Of a stretch of DNA of 64,000 nt, positions 41,706 through 52,135 are shown piece after piece. The DNA is from a bacterium. Its GTDB lineage: Bacteria > SAR324 > NAC60-12. Within the stretch, counting starts at the first letter, position 1. The number at the start of each line of letters is the position of its first letter. A model generated the notes under the pieces. That model ran no database searches. It saw nothing but the letters and a program-made list of their open reading frames with translations, and had not been told where the DNA came from. Made by a program: the position numbers and the translations under genes. Location: the NCBI GenBank assembly GCA_965205865.1, contig CBDBHR010000027.1, positions 1-64,000 on the forward strand, written 5' to 3'.

Positions 41706-44700
41706 ATGCCTTTGCTCAATCTCAAACCCACCCACAAGGTCATCAAAGATTATTATCATTCCCTGGAACAATTTGACCAATATGGCGTCACCCATGAAAT
41801 GGCGGTTCGTTCCGCATTTCAAACGTTGCTAGGGTCATGTGGAAGGCAATTAAACTGGGTACTGGTCCCTGAGTATCGTTTCAATCTGAAGGGCGGCAAG
41901 CACGTTGTCATCGATGCTTCATTGCTGGATAATTTCCATCTGGCCTATGGTTATTGGGAGGCAAAGGACATCCGCGACGATTTACCTACCGAAGTTTTGC
42001 GCAAGTTCGAAGCAGGTTATCCGCAGAGCAACATTCTCTTCCAAACGCCCAAACAGGCCATCCTCTGGCAAAACGAGCAGTGGGTGCTCGATAACGACCT
42101 GAGCGACCCGAAACAATTGATCGAGTCCCTGGAGGCCTTCTTCTCCTACCGTCCGCGACAATACGTTGAATGGCAGGATGCGGTTGCGCAGTTCAAGGAC
42201 AAGGTCCCCGAGATTGGACGAGGATTGGCCAAGCGCATTCAACAAGAACAGAAAAATAACCAGGAATTTATACAGGCTTTTGCAGTCTTTCTGGAAAAAT
42301 GTCGCGCCTCGATCAATCCCAACCTCTCTGAGGCTGCCGTCGAGGAGATGCTGATACAACACCTTCTCACGGAGCGCATCTTCCGTACCGTCTTCAAAAA
42401 CCCCGACTTCACCAACCGGAATCTCATCGCCAGAGAAATCGAAACGGTGATCCATGCTCTCACCTCGCATACCTTCAGCCGACTTGAATTTCTGGGGAGT
42501 CTGGATCGCTTCTACAAGGCGATCGAACAGACTGCGGAATCCATCAGCGATTTCTCACAGAAACAGTATTTCCTCAATACGGTCTACGAACAATTTTTCC
42601 AGGGCTTTTCCGTCAAGGTTGCTGATACTCATGGCATCGTCTATACGCCACAACCCATTGTAGACTTCATGGTGAAAAGCGTGGAGCAGATCCTGCGGAA
42701 TGAATTTGATACGTCTCTTTCTGACAACGGGGTGCACGTCATCGACCCATTCGTCGGAACCGGTAATTTATCGTCCGCGTCATGCGGGAGATCCTCAAGA
42801 CAAAGCTGCAGGATAAATATACTCAGGAACTCCATTGTAACGAAATATTACTACTCCCTTACTACGTCGCCTCGATGAATATCGAACATGAGTATTACGA
42901 GGCAACAGGGACTTACCAGCCTTTTGAAGGGATTTGCCTAACGGATACTTTCGACTTGGTTGAAATGAAAAACCGGGATCAACTCTTGCTTTTTACTCCT
43001 GAAAATACAAAGCGCGTAGAAAAACAAAAGGAGACGCCGATGTTTGTGATCATCGGCAATCCTCCCTACAACGTCGGTCAGGTCAACGAGAACGACAACA
43101 ACAAGAATCGAAAATACGAGGCGTTGGATCAACGAGTTTCGGGAACATTTGCCAGAGATTCCCAGGCGACAAATAAAAACTCATTGTCTGATCCATACGT
43201 GAAGGCCATACGCTGGGCATCCGACCGCATTGGAGAGCAGGGGATCGTTGCTTTCGTCACAAACAGCAGTTTTCTCGACGGCATCGCCTTTGATGGCATG
43301 CGGAAACACCTCACTGATGATTTCGACTCGATTTATATTCTCGATTTGGGAGGAAACGTGCGCAAGAATCCGAAACTATCCGGGACAACGCACAACGTTT
43401 TTAGCATTCAAGTGGGCGTCACTATCAATTTTTTCATCAAAAAAAGAAACAACGACGATTCCAAAATAGAATTTTCTATGCTCGTGTTGATGAATCCTGG
43501 CGTAAGGAAAACAAGTATCATTATCTTGATAGCAAAGGACAGTACCAAAACATCGAATGGCAAATGGTAAAGCCCGACAAGCATAATACATGGCTCACGG
43601 AGGGACTGCGCAGCGAATTCGAGAACTTTATTTCCATGGGAAGCCAAGCAGCAAGACGGGAAAAAGAAGAATCAATGGAGGTGATTTTCAAACACTATAG
43701 CCGTGGAGTCAACACCAGTCGTGATGCTTGGGCATACAATTTCAACCGGAACATGCTCACTGAGAACATGCAGCGGACGATCGATTATTGCAATGAACAG
43801 GTGCTCAAATGGAAACAACCTGAAATGCTGAATACCAACGTGGATGATTTTGTAGTGTATGATGATACGAAAATCAGCTGGAGTGAGTCTTTGAAATTAA
43901 ATTTGAATCGCGGAAGAAATACTGAATATAGTGAATTCAAAATTCGAGATGCGCTTTATCGCCCTTTCACCAAGTCAAACCTCTTCTTTGATCGCATTCT
44001 AAATGAAAGAGTTTACGGTTTCCCGGCCATTTTCCCCACACCTGAAACGGAAACCGAAAACCGTGTGATTTGTGTCACTGCCATAGGGAATAAAAAACCA
44101 TTTCACTGCCTGATGACCATGCAACTAACGGATGTGCATCTTACTGGAGATTCCCAGTGCTTCCCCTTTTACACTTATGACGAGGACGGGACGAACCGGC
44201 GGGAAAACATCACCGCTTGGGCATTGCAAGCATTCCGGTCTCAATACCAGGACGACACCATCAGCAAGTGGGACGTCTTCCATTACGTTTACGCGGTGTT
44301 GCATCACCCCGGCTACCGTGAGATGTATCAGGCGAATCTCAAAAGGGAGTTGCCACGTGTGCCCCTTGTCTCGGATTTCTGGAGTTACGTCAAAACGGGA
44401 AGACGGTTGGGGGAGATCCATGTTTCCTACGAGGACCAACCCGAATACCGGCTCGACTTAATAGAAAAACCCGGTGCGTCCCTCAACTGGCGTGTCGAGA
44501 AGATGAAACTCTCCAAAGACAAGACGCAGATCCACTACAATGATTTCCTCACGTTAGCCGGCATCCCACCAGAAGCGTTTGACTACCGCTTAGGCAATCG
44601 TTCAGCCCTGGACTGGGTAATCGACCAGTACCGCGTCAAGACCGACCAACGAAGCGGCATCACCAACGACCCCAACCGCCCAGACGACCCGCAGTACATC

Positions 44701-44847
44701 GTCAAACTGATTGGCAAGGTCATCACCGTCAGTCTGGAGACCGTCAAGCTGGTCAAGGGGCTACCAGCATGGCCAAAAACGGTACCCGATAAAAAAGGGA
44801 ATTATATATTAGAGTTACCAAATGCCGTTCAACTCAGCGAAAGGTGA
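41706..44847 (+). CDS. Single-chain R-M enzyme (nuclease + N6-MTase + type ISP-like specificity domain, no helicase), two frameshifts
   Basis: YWEAKD, GIVYTPQPIVDF, DPFVGTG, IGNPPYN, YRPF, YRLGNRSALDWVIDQY; shifts near 42768 and 43470 in short homopolymers. Confidence 0.85.
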
Positions 44848-45015
44848 ACGGCATTCAATAAGAGAATATTATGGATAATAATGGAATACGGAAGATCGAA
44901 GCCCTATCTCAACATCATTCAAAAGTATCTAAGGGATGGGAATTATTAAATAATCTCATAGAGTCCTCAAATCTGAATGATGAAGATATTCAGTGTATTT
45001 TTTATGCTGTTAATC

Positions 45016-45234
45016 TCATTGACCCAAGGAAGGAAATGGCACGCTTGGCATAGGCGTTGATGGAGTAACGTCTATTGTTAAGACATGTTTAGGGAATACT
45101 CCATAAACATGTCCGCAATTACCGCAATACACTATTTCAAACCAAGCATTACCCCCCTTGGATTTCTGTAAGCTCTCTTGGTCTTTCATATGATCTCTCC
45201 CACTCACTTCACATTTTGGACATTTAGGTTCCAT
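45016..45234 (-). CDS. Small zinc-ribbon hypothetical protein
   Basis: CPKC..YCGNCGHVYGVF; AAGGA RBS. Confidence 0.6.
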   Translation of the reverse strand: MEPKCPKCEVSGRDHMKDQESLQKSKGGNAWFEIVYCGNCGHVYGVFPKHVLTIDVTPSTPMPSVPFPSLGQ

Positions 45235-45321
45235 ATCTCATCCTTTCTTTCTGTCTATGTGTCATTCATTCTCCAGAGCGCAATTTAATTTCCTCCATTT
45301 CTTCGTCGGTCAATTGCCTTA

Positions 45322-46209
45322 GAACCTGTTTGAAATAAGTTGAGCTTCCTATTGGAAGTGTTCCATGTCACATTCATTTTGAGAAAAATGAAACCTTAAT
45401 AACAAGGAGTGAACATGGAACGTTCAGGTTATAACAGTGATGTCAGTGATAAACAATGGGAAAGACTTCAAGAGTACCTTCCCGAACTTTCAACTCGTGG
45501 AGCCCACCTTCGTAAATGGGAACTACGAGTTATCATAAACGCCATTTTGTATGTAGTGACCACGGGTTGTCAATGGAGAATGCTTCCCAAAGATTTTCCT
45601 CCTTGGCAAAGTGTTTATTACCACTACAATAAATGGTGCAAGAACGACACTTGGTTCCTGATTCACCAGTTTCTCCATCGGCAAACCCGAATAGAAACGG
45701 GCAGAGCTCCCGAACCCAGTGCTGCAATGATTGATAGTCAATCCGTCAAAACCACGGAACTGGCTGATAGTCGAGGTTTTGATGGAAATAAACGAATCAA
45801 AGGGCATAAAAGGCATGTAGCTGTCGATATCTCGGGAATTCCTCTCATGGTTAAAGTCACTGATGCCAATGCCTCCGATTCCAAAAGTGCTTACGATCTT
45901 TTGGAATCGATGTTTAGCTGGTTCTTTTCGATTCAGATGATTTGGGCCGACGGAGGTTATCGAGGGGAATTAGCCCAATGGTTATGGAATCGATTTCAAT
46001 GTGAACTTGAGATCACTCTAAACCTCCAAGGAACGGGCTTTCAGGTCCTACCGAAAAGGTGGATCGTCGAAAGAACCTTTTCCTGGTTTGGATGGTATCG
46101 AAGACTCAACATCGATTATGAAAGAAAAACAAAAAACTCTGAAAACATGATCTATGTCGCTATGATTTGCTTGATGTTAAAGAGAATTAAATGACTTTCA
46201 AACAGGTTC
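45322..46209 (+). mobile_element. IS5-family IS (888 bp), TA duplication
   Basis: TIR GAACCTGTTTGAAA / TTTCAAACAGGTTC flanked by TA. Confidence 0.9.
45409..46194 (+). CDS. IS5-family transposase
   Basis: NAILYV..GCQWRMLP, IDSQSVK, KGHKRH, WADGGY, RWIVERTF. Confidence 0.95.
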   Translation: MNMERSGYNSDVSDKQWERLQEYLPELSTRGAHLRKWELRVIINAILYVVTTGCQWRMLPKDFPPWQSVYYHYNKWCKNDTWFLIHQFLHRQTRIETGRAPEPSAAMIDSQSVKTTELADSRGFDGNKRIKGHKRHVAVDISGIPLMVKVTDANASDSKSAYDLLESMFSWFFSIQMIWADGGYRGELAQWLWNRFQCELEITLNLQGTGFQVLPKRWIVERTFSWFGWYRRLNIDYERKTKNSENMIYVAMICLMLKRIK

Positions 46210-46281
46210 TAAGGCAAAATTCCGGTCAACCCCGAAAAACCGTTGAGAACACAGCGTTTCCGAGCGTTGTATGGTTGCCGG

Positions 46282-47220
46282 TCAGAACTGATACTTCATG
46301 TTGAGGCTGACGCCCCAGAATTGAATGTCATTCGTCATTGCTTTGTATCGCACCCGCAAAGTACCAGATGGATCAAGTACGGAGTCATGATTACGAAGTT
46401 GCTCCCACTCTCTTGGATCACTCTCGAATTCACCAAAATCCGCCCACCGGAACTTGAGCCCGATGCTCACTGGCTCACTGACTTGATAATCCACGCCCGC
46501 AATTGCTTGGTACCCGAGCAGCGTATCCAAGAGCTTGCCCCTGCCAATAGTGGTCGCGCCGGCGAGTTTTCGGTTCAGTTCCAGGCATTCCGTTTCCGTA
46601 CATTTTGAACCGTCGCTATTCTTAAATGTCGAAATATCATCGGGGTCAGAACTCCGTTGAAATCGGCCAAAGTAATCCAACGAGATTTGCACAAACCCTA
46701 CGCCAAACCCCACGTACGGTGTAAACTTCGAGTCCGAGTAGTAGTCGTAGTACAGGTTGGCGAAGAAGTTGTGAGACAACACGTCACCCACCCCAAATTC
46801 CAGTGCAGCGAGTTCATCGCTATCTGTCGCTGTGCTATCGTCATCCAACCTCGTATCTTGGTCCATGTCATCATGGGTCGTGCTGCGATAGAAATATTCT
46901 CCCTCAACCCTGAAGCTCCCCAGACGATAGCCCAAGGCCACCCCTGCCAGAACTCCGGTGCCTCCCTCAAGATCAGAAGCCCATTTATCACCGCTGTGAT
47001 TTTCTGCCTCCTCTTTAGTCAAAAGACAGGTGGAACGGGGATTTGGATTGTGGGCCCTGTCACACGCGGCCCCTTGATCATTATCACTCGCATTTACTTC
47101 CATGCCCGGAGCGACCGCGATAGCCAAATCCATCCCCATGTAAAACCTGTTCTTGGCCAATACCTGGCCGGAGGAGATCACTAACGCCGTCACCACAAAC
47201 ACGAGCAAGATTTTTTTCAT
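46282..47220 (-). CDS. Outer-membrane beta-barrel protein (Opa/OmpA-like membrane domain)
   Basis: Signal peptide MKKILL..VLA, FRVEGEYFYR, NLYYD, FTPYVGFGVG, GYQAIAGVDY, terminal Phe. Confidence 0.8.
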   Translation of the reverse strand: MKKILLVFVVTALVISSGQVLAKNRFYMGMDLAIAVAPGMEVNASDNDQGAACDRAHNPNPRSTCLLTKEEAENHSGDKWASDLEGGTGVLAGVALGYRLGSFRVEGEYFYRSTTHDDMDQDTRLDDDSTATDSDELAALEFGVGDVLSHNFFANLYYDYYSDSKFTPYVGFGVGFVQISLDYFGRFQRSSDPDDISTFKNSDGSKCTETECLELNRKLAGATTIGRGKLLDTLLGYQAIAGVDYQVSEPVSIGLKFRWADFGEFESDPREWEQLRNHDSVLDPSGTLRVRYKAMTNDIQFWGVSLNMKYQF

Positions 47221-47378
47221 GTCACTTCTCTCTTTTTTATAATGCGTCTCATGCAACCTGTATGGGTCCACCTCTCCCCGAAGATGTCCTACAATTAGTT
47301 GAAATTTGAAACATGACCTCCATTGCGGTAAAGTCAAATTTATCGCAAAAATCATAACTGAACCACCACGGAGGTCTC

Positions 47379-47784
47379 ATGAAGAAAGTAAACAAAACCG
47401 AATCAAAAATCAATACGAAAGCAAGAGTGGCATCCTATCGGGAATTGGTAGAAGGAGAATATGATGTGAACAGCCGGTTGTTACTGATCCAATAGTTAAT
47501 CCCCACTGGTCTTCTGGCCGTAGAAGAGGCACTGCAGTCGGAAGTGACCGAGTTGGCTGGTCAACGATACAGTCGAGAATGCAGCCTCAAACGTTGGGGA
47601 TCGAACCCTGGATCTGTCTTTTCAGGTAATCAAAAACTCTCGATTCGAGTTCCCCACCTTCGAGACACCGAAGAAAATGAGGAAGTTGGCTTGGAAGCTT
47701 ATCGACAACTTCAATCTCCTCAAATCGTCGATGAGCGGGTATTTGCTCAAGTGCTAAATGGAATCAGTACGAGAAAATATGAGG
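47379..47784 (+). pseudogene. IS256-family transposase 5' fragment
   Basis: LQSEVTELAGQRYSR, RWGSNPGSV, IRVP, LNGISTRKYE; internal TAG; ends at the MITE. Confidence 0.7.
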
Positions 47785-48572
47785 AAGGGGGTCAGGCCTT
47801 TGATTAAATGAAAAGGGAGCAAAAAAACTATACTCGTTCCTAATCAAATAATCAAAGTCACCGTAAAGAACTGACTTATAGTGGTTTCCAGCCACCTTTC
47901 GTCATTCCTCCGGTACAGATCCGGATGTGCGCTGCTAACGCATCCGGCTCCTGCTTCGAGTCAGACGCTCAAACGTTGATTCGGATTCGCCGTTTGGCGC
48001 ACCCTGCTTAAACCGCTCTCTGATTTTACCGGCCTCTGAGTTCCGAACACAGCAGGGCAAGCAGAATTCCTCTCAGCCAAGTCCCTTTGCTCCACAGGCT
48101 CCGTTGATTTCCTTTGCATTGTTACTCTCTACAAATGATCTCATTGTTCGCCGCTTCATAGCTACTACGAACTTGTCCGACTTCCTGAAGACGTAGATAT
48201 CGGGGTTATTTATTAATTTTCCCGATCCGACTACCAATGGAATGGTGACAGTCATCCTCAGGATCTCCCAGGTTCCGATCAAGAAACTTCCACACATGCA
48301 CAGGGTCTTTGACTCCGCCAGGCTCAGCCGAGACTCACGCTAACGCCTTCGGTTGATATTGCCTTCCCCACCAGACCACAAGGTCAGCGCATGAGACTAT
48401 GATTTCGGAGCTCAATACCGAGCCTATGTTCTCCCCTGTCAACGCTTAGCGCCTATCCTTGCGGATAACCACTCATGACTCGGGGACTCGGCGGGTCGTT
48501 ACTGCCTTACCGAGTAAGAGACTTTCACTCTCTATTTCTTGCCAGCTTTCCTGGCGCACGGCCTGACCCCTT
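47785..48572 (+). mobile_element. 88-bp-type MITE/REP-pair copy 1, right TIR split by a group II intron
   Basis: Removing 47857-48559 restores a copy of 50733-50820. Confidence 0.85.
47857..48559 (-). ncRNA. Group II intron, 703 nt, RT ORF deleted
   Basis: 5' GTGCGCCAGG, domain V GAGCCGGATGCG-TTAGCA-GCGCACATCCGGATC, 3' end ..CGGTGAC; precise exon junctions. Confidence 0.9.
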
Positions 48573-48641
48573 TTTGACTCTCTCCATAGTTAAAATATAT
48601 TCTTTTAGGAATGAAATTTAAATAAGTTAGAAGTATGGATA

Positions 48642-48723
48642 CGCAAAATTAGGGGACACGTAACAGCAGGCATAAAACAGTAGAGTTGGGATGCGCAGCG
48701 GTGTACATGTTCCCCAATTTTGC
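48642..48723. repeat. Inverted repeat pair (GGGGACA-type)
   Basis: gcaaaattaggggacacgta vs reverse complement gcaaaattggggaacatgta. Confidence 0.55.
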
Positions 48724-48809
48724 TCACTCCATTAGAAGATTTACAGGTTATTTAAGTTTTGTTCCTTAATTAATACGCGGCACCGGTTTGGCACCGCGCG
48801 ATAGTGTAC

Positions 48810-49871
48810 TTATTTCAGCTTGGCCAGAGTGATAACTCCGTCATGATGTTTATTACGGAAAAGAAAATCCCCATTCGGTATGATGACGATGTAGGTACCA
48901 TGACCATCATTCTTATCGAAACGGCGCCCTTCCGATGATGGTGTTTCTACTATTTCTTGCTCCAGGGAACTGTCATCATAGAATTTACGGATCAAAAAAT
49001 ACTTCCCGTTTTTCTTAATGATGGAAGCCGTCCCAACACCGCCCTCTATCCATTTACCGACCAATTGATCTTCGGTGTAATCCTCATCCTGTGCCATCCC
49101 TTGGATTTTCAAGGCCCGTTCATACTCATAGAAATTTACTTTGTAACGGAACGTGGAATAGTGACCCGCTGTTACTGATGATGATTTAGACCAGTCGCCA
49201 CGTGGAGCCCAGTCGATACTGCCGTCTGCCGCAGACGTTGTATCCGAACCGGGAAAATAAATGAAAAATTTGACGGCGTTTACAAAGTTACCGGCAGCAT
49301 GGCGGTCTTGCACGATCTCAACTACTATTTGCATCGCCTCTCGCTCCGTGTATATAGAGCCGAATCTAACACGATATATGAATCTCTTGGCAGATTTCAG
49401 ACTGATGTCCTCTACTCCTATGACATCATAATTTAGGGACTGATTTTCTGACATGTTATCCTTTGTAACTTTATCGACTGATATATTGCGTGGCAAACTT
49501 GCTTCTTTGAGATTGGATATTTCCTGGTCATACTCGAGATTGATCCTAATCTTTGCTTTTTCGATCTCTTCCCGGCGTTCCTTATTCAACCTATCTCGTT
49601 TTAGTAACGCTACCTGTCCATAAAACCCATCTTTTACAATGGTCACGTGGTTGTCTGTGATGGAATGAATTTCTTTTTTTGAGTCGACGGCACAAACCAA
49701 AGCACTGTTGAAAATATGCTTTTCTTTAGAGAAAAAACCTTCTTCCTGAAAAACATAGGTACGAGGCTCGTAACCCAGGAATTTCAGCACACTTTCGCAA
49801 TTTTCTTTCGGGCCAGCAAAGACCGCGGAAGATACAAACAAAAACATGATCAAAACGATTAACTTTTTCAT
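48810..49871 (-). CDS. Hypothetical exported protein
   Basis: Signal peptide MKKLIVLIMFLFVSSAVFA; GGGAG RBS; 353 aa open frame. Confidence 0.75.
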   Translation of the reverse strand: MKKLIVLIMFLFVSSAVFAGPKENCESVLKFLGYEPRTYVFQEEGFFSKEKHIFNSALVCAVDSKKEIHSITDNHVTIVKDGFYGQVALLKRDRLNKERREEIEKAKIRINLEYDQEISNLKEASLPRNISVDKVTKDNMSENQSLNYDVIGVEDISLKSAKRFIYRVRFGSIYTEREAMQIVVEIVQDRHAAGNFVNAVKFFIYFPGSDTTSAADGSIDWAPRGDWSKSSSVTAGHYSTFRYKVNFYEYERALKIQGMAQDEDYTEDQLVGKWIEGGVGTASIIKKNGKYFLIRKFYDDSSLEQEIVETPSSEGRRFDKNDGHGTYIVIIPNGDFLFRNKHHDGVITLAKLK

Positions 49872-49991
49872 AATAAACTCCCAAAATAAATTTTTCCTAA
49901 ATCCTGCAATTAGATGACAATCAAACATGGAAATGGTAATATACTCAAATAGTTAACACCAGAATCAACATTTTAAGAGATCACCATTACC

Positions 49992-50732
49992 ATGAAAAAC
50001 AAACGTAGCGCAAGATCGGCAAGAACGACAGCAAAAAATATCCATATCAGCCAGGGAGGCAGAGACCTTACCGCGCAAGCAGGCTTGATTCCGGTTGTCA
50101 AATTTTTTCACAAAGAAGGGATTGTTTCAAAGACAGAGCAGACCGTAGATCATCAGCGTGGCGCCACGGGTCTCTATGACGCGGTGGACATGATCATTTT
50201 GTCGTTGGTCGGCATTGTTGGCGGCGCCCGTTCGATTCGTTCGATTGTGACAGTTTGGAACGACCGTGTTTTGAGTCGTGCGGCCGGTTGGCTGAGGATT
50301 CCGGATGAAAGCACATTCGGCCGGATACTGCGTACTTTCACACAGAAAAACATCAATGAGATGGAGAGCTTGAACCATCGGATTCGAGTCGGTATCTGGC
50401 GCAAGGCGCTTCGAAGTGGGACAAGCATTGTTGGGGTGTTACCCTGTCTTGTGATTGACGTGGACTCCACTATGAAAACGGCCTACGGCAAGCAGCAAGG
50501 AGTGTCTGTCGGATATAATCCCCACAAACGCGGTGCAGCTTCGTATCATCCTCTGCTGGCATTTTGTGCAGAGACAAAGGAGATTCTTCAGGGTTGGCTT
50601 CGTGATGGGAGTGCCTATACCAGCAATGGAGTCGTTGATCCCCATTGCCATGAGGACTAGATTCATGCGGTAACTTCTCGCTCATCTTCCAAATCGGACT
50701 CGCACTCTGTTTCGTGGAGACAGTGGTTTTTT
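49992..50732 (+). pseudogene. IS1380-family transposase 5' fragment
   Basis: LTAQAGL, IDVDST..YGKQQG..YNPHKRG..SYHPL; about 22-bp insertion plus stop, then FRGDSGFF ending at the MITE. Confidence 0.85.
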
Positions 50733-50820
50733 AAAGGGGGTCAGGCCTTTGATTAAATGAAAAGGGGGCAAAAAAACTGGACTCGTTCCTAATCAAATAA
50801 TCAAAGGCCTGACCCCCTTT
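50733..50820. mobile_element. 88-bp MITE/REP-pair copy 2 (intact)
   Basis: Perfect 23-bp TIR AAAGGGGGTCAGGCCTTTGATTA. Confidence 0.88.
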
Positions 50821-51039
50821 CCTATATCTGAGGCATTTCGCACTGCCGAGCGACAGTCGCTACATTATTGACTTGTACGATGAACCTGGTGAGATACTTT
50901 ATGACCATTTTGAGGCAGATTGCGCAAAATTGAGGAATCAAAATTTCATAATAAATGATCACATCGCTGATTGAAACATAGGTGCCGGAATTGCATCACA
51001 TAGCCGTAAGCCTCTCACTCTAAAAAGGAGCCATGAACC

Positions 51040-51270
51040 ATGCAGAAGGCGTTGCGCATTAGGACGACGGTACTGCCCGGAGGCAAAATCGAGATCGTGG
51101 ACCAGGAGCTTTCGGTGGGGGAGTCCGTTGACGTGATTGTCAGTAAGTCGTCGTCAGCAGGGCGGTCCGCCGTTGACATTCTGGAAGAAGCGCCGGGTCA
51201 GCGTCTGTTCAAGACTGCTGAGGACGTAGAATCTTACCTGAAGGACGAACGAGAGTCATGGGACCGCTGA
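51040..51270 (+). CDS. Putative antitoxin of a PIN-domain TA pair
   Basis: 76 aa; overlaps the PIN gene; AGGAG RBS. Confidence 0.65.
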   Translation: MQKALRIRTTVLPGGKIEIVDQELSVGESVDVIVSKSSSAGRSAVDILEEAPGQRLFKTAEDVESYLKDERESWDR

Positions 51271-51518
51271 CCCTTCCGGCTGTCGGACCAATCTACCTCG
51301 ACGCCAGTGCGTTTATCTATAGCGTGGAGCGCGTCGAACCCTACCGGGAGTTGCTCGAACCCATGTGGCGGCAGGCTCAGGCCGGTCAGTTCGGCATCGT
51401 GAGCAGCGACCTGGTGGTTTTGGAGACGCTCGTCAAGCCTCTGCGCGAACGCGACACGGTAGTCGAAAGGCTCTTTCTTGATATATTTGACGCTAAAAAG
51501 GATATAGGAGAGAAATAG
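51258..51518 (+). pseudogene. PIN-domain (VapC-like) toxin, 3' truncated
   Basis: IYLDASAFIYSVE, SDLVVLETLVKP; C-terminal acidic motifs absent. Confidence 0.7.
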
Positions 51519-52135
51519 TGAACGATTCTATACCCGACGATATTCTGGTCATCATGAAAAAAAGAAAAATCAATTTCCTTTACTATCTGGTCCCAATTGA
51601 TAATTTGATTTCAATCAGCCGGAATGGTTTGCTTTCTCGCAACCGTATAAGTGGATGTGATATAGCGCTAGACATAGCAGATATAAATGTCATTGAAACG
51701 CGAAGGAGGAAATCCTTTTTCAACCATTTGCTACTTGATTTTGTTCCCTTGTATTTCACCCCCAAGAACCCAATGCTATACCGTCGCAGGGAGATTCAGG
51801 ATAAAATCGCCATTCTTTGTTTAAATAAAAATCTGTTGTTGCAGGAAGGCACGGTGTTTACCGATGGCAATGCTGCTTCTATGGAAACCAGATGTTTTAG
51901 AAATCCAATGGATCTCGAGAGCTTGGATTGGAAGTGTATCCGTGCCCAACGATGGCCGGATTTTGAAGACGGCAGACGGAAACGCTGTGCCGAGGTTCTG
52001 GTTCCTGACCAGATTCCTTTTTTGCATGTCCAAAAAATAATTACCCAAACAGAAGATGCCCGTTTCCGGGTTTATGAAACCATGGGAGAAAAGAAAAAAG
52101 TGGAATTACAACCAAGGTGGTATTTCGATGAGTAA
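51518..52135 (+). CDS. darT: DarT-like DNA ADP-ribosyltransferase (DUF4433)
   Basis: IDNLISI..GLLS, DFVPLYFTPKNPMLY, FTDGNAAS, KRCAEVLV. Confidence 0.88.
   Translation: MNDSIPDDILVIMKKRKINFLYYLVPIDNLISISRNGLLSRNRISGCDIALDIADINVIETRRRKSFFNHLLLDFVPLYFTPKNPMLYRRREIQDKIAILCLNKNLLLQEGTVFTDGNAASMETRCFRNPMDLESLDWKCIRAQRWPDFEDGRRKRCAEVLVPDQIPFLHVQKIITQTEDARFRVYETMGEKKKVELQPRWYFDE

Noticed and set aside
44871-45053. 60-aa ORF after the R-M gene
   Set aside because: No motif and it overlaps the convergent zinc-ribbon ORF; cannot be supported
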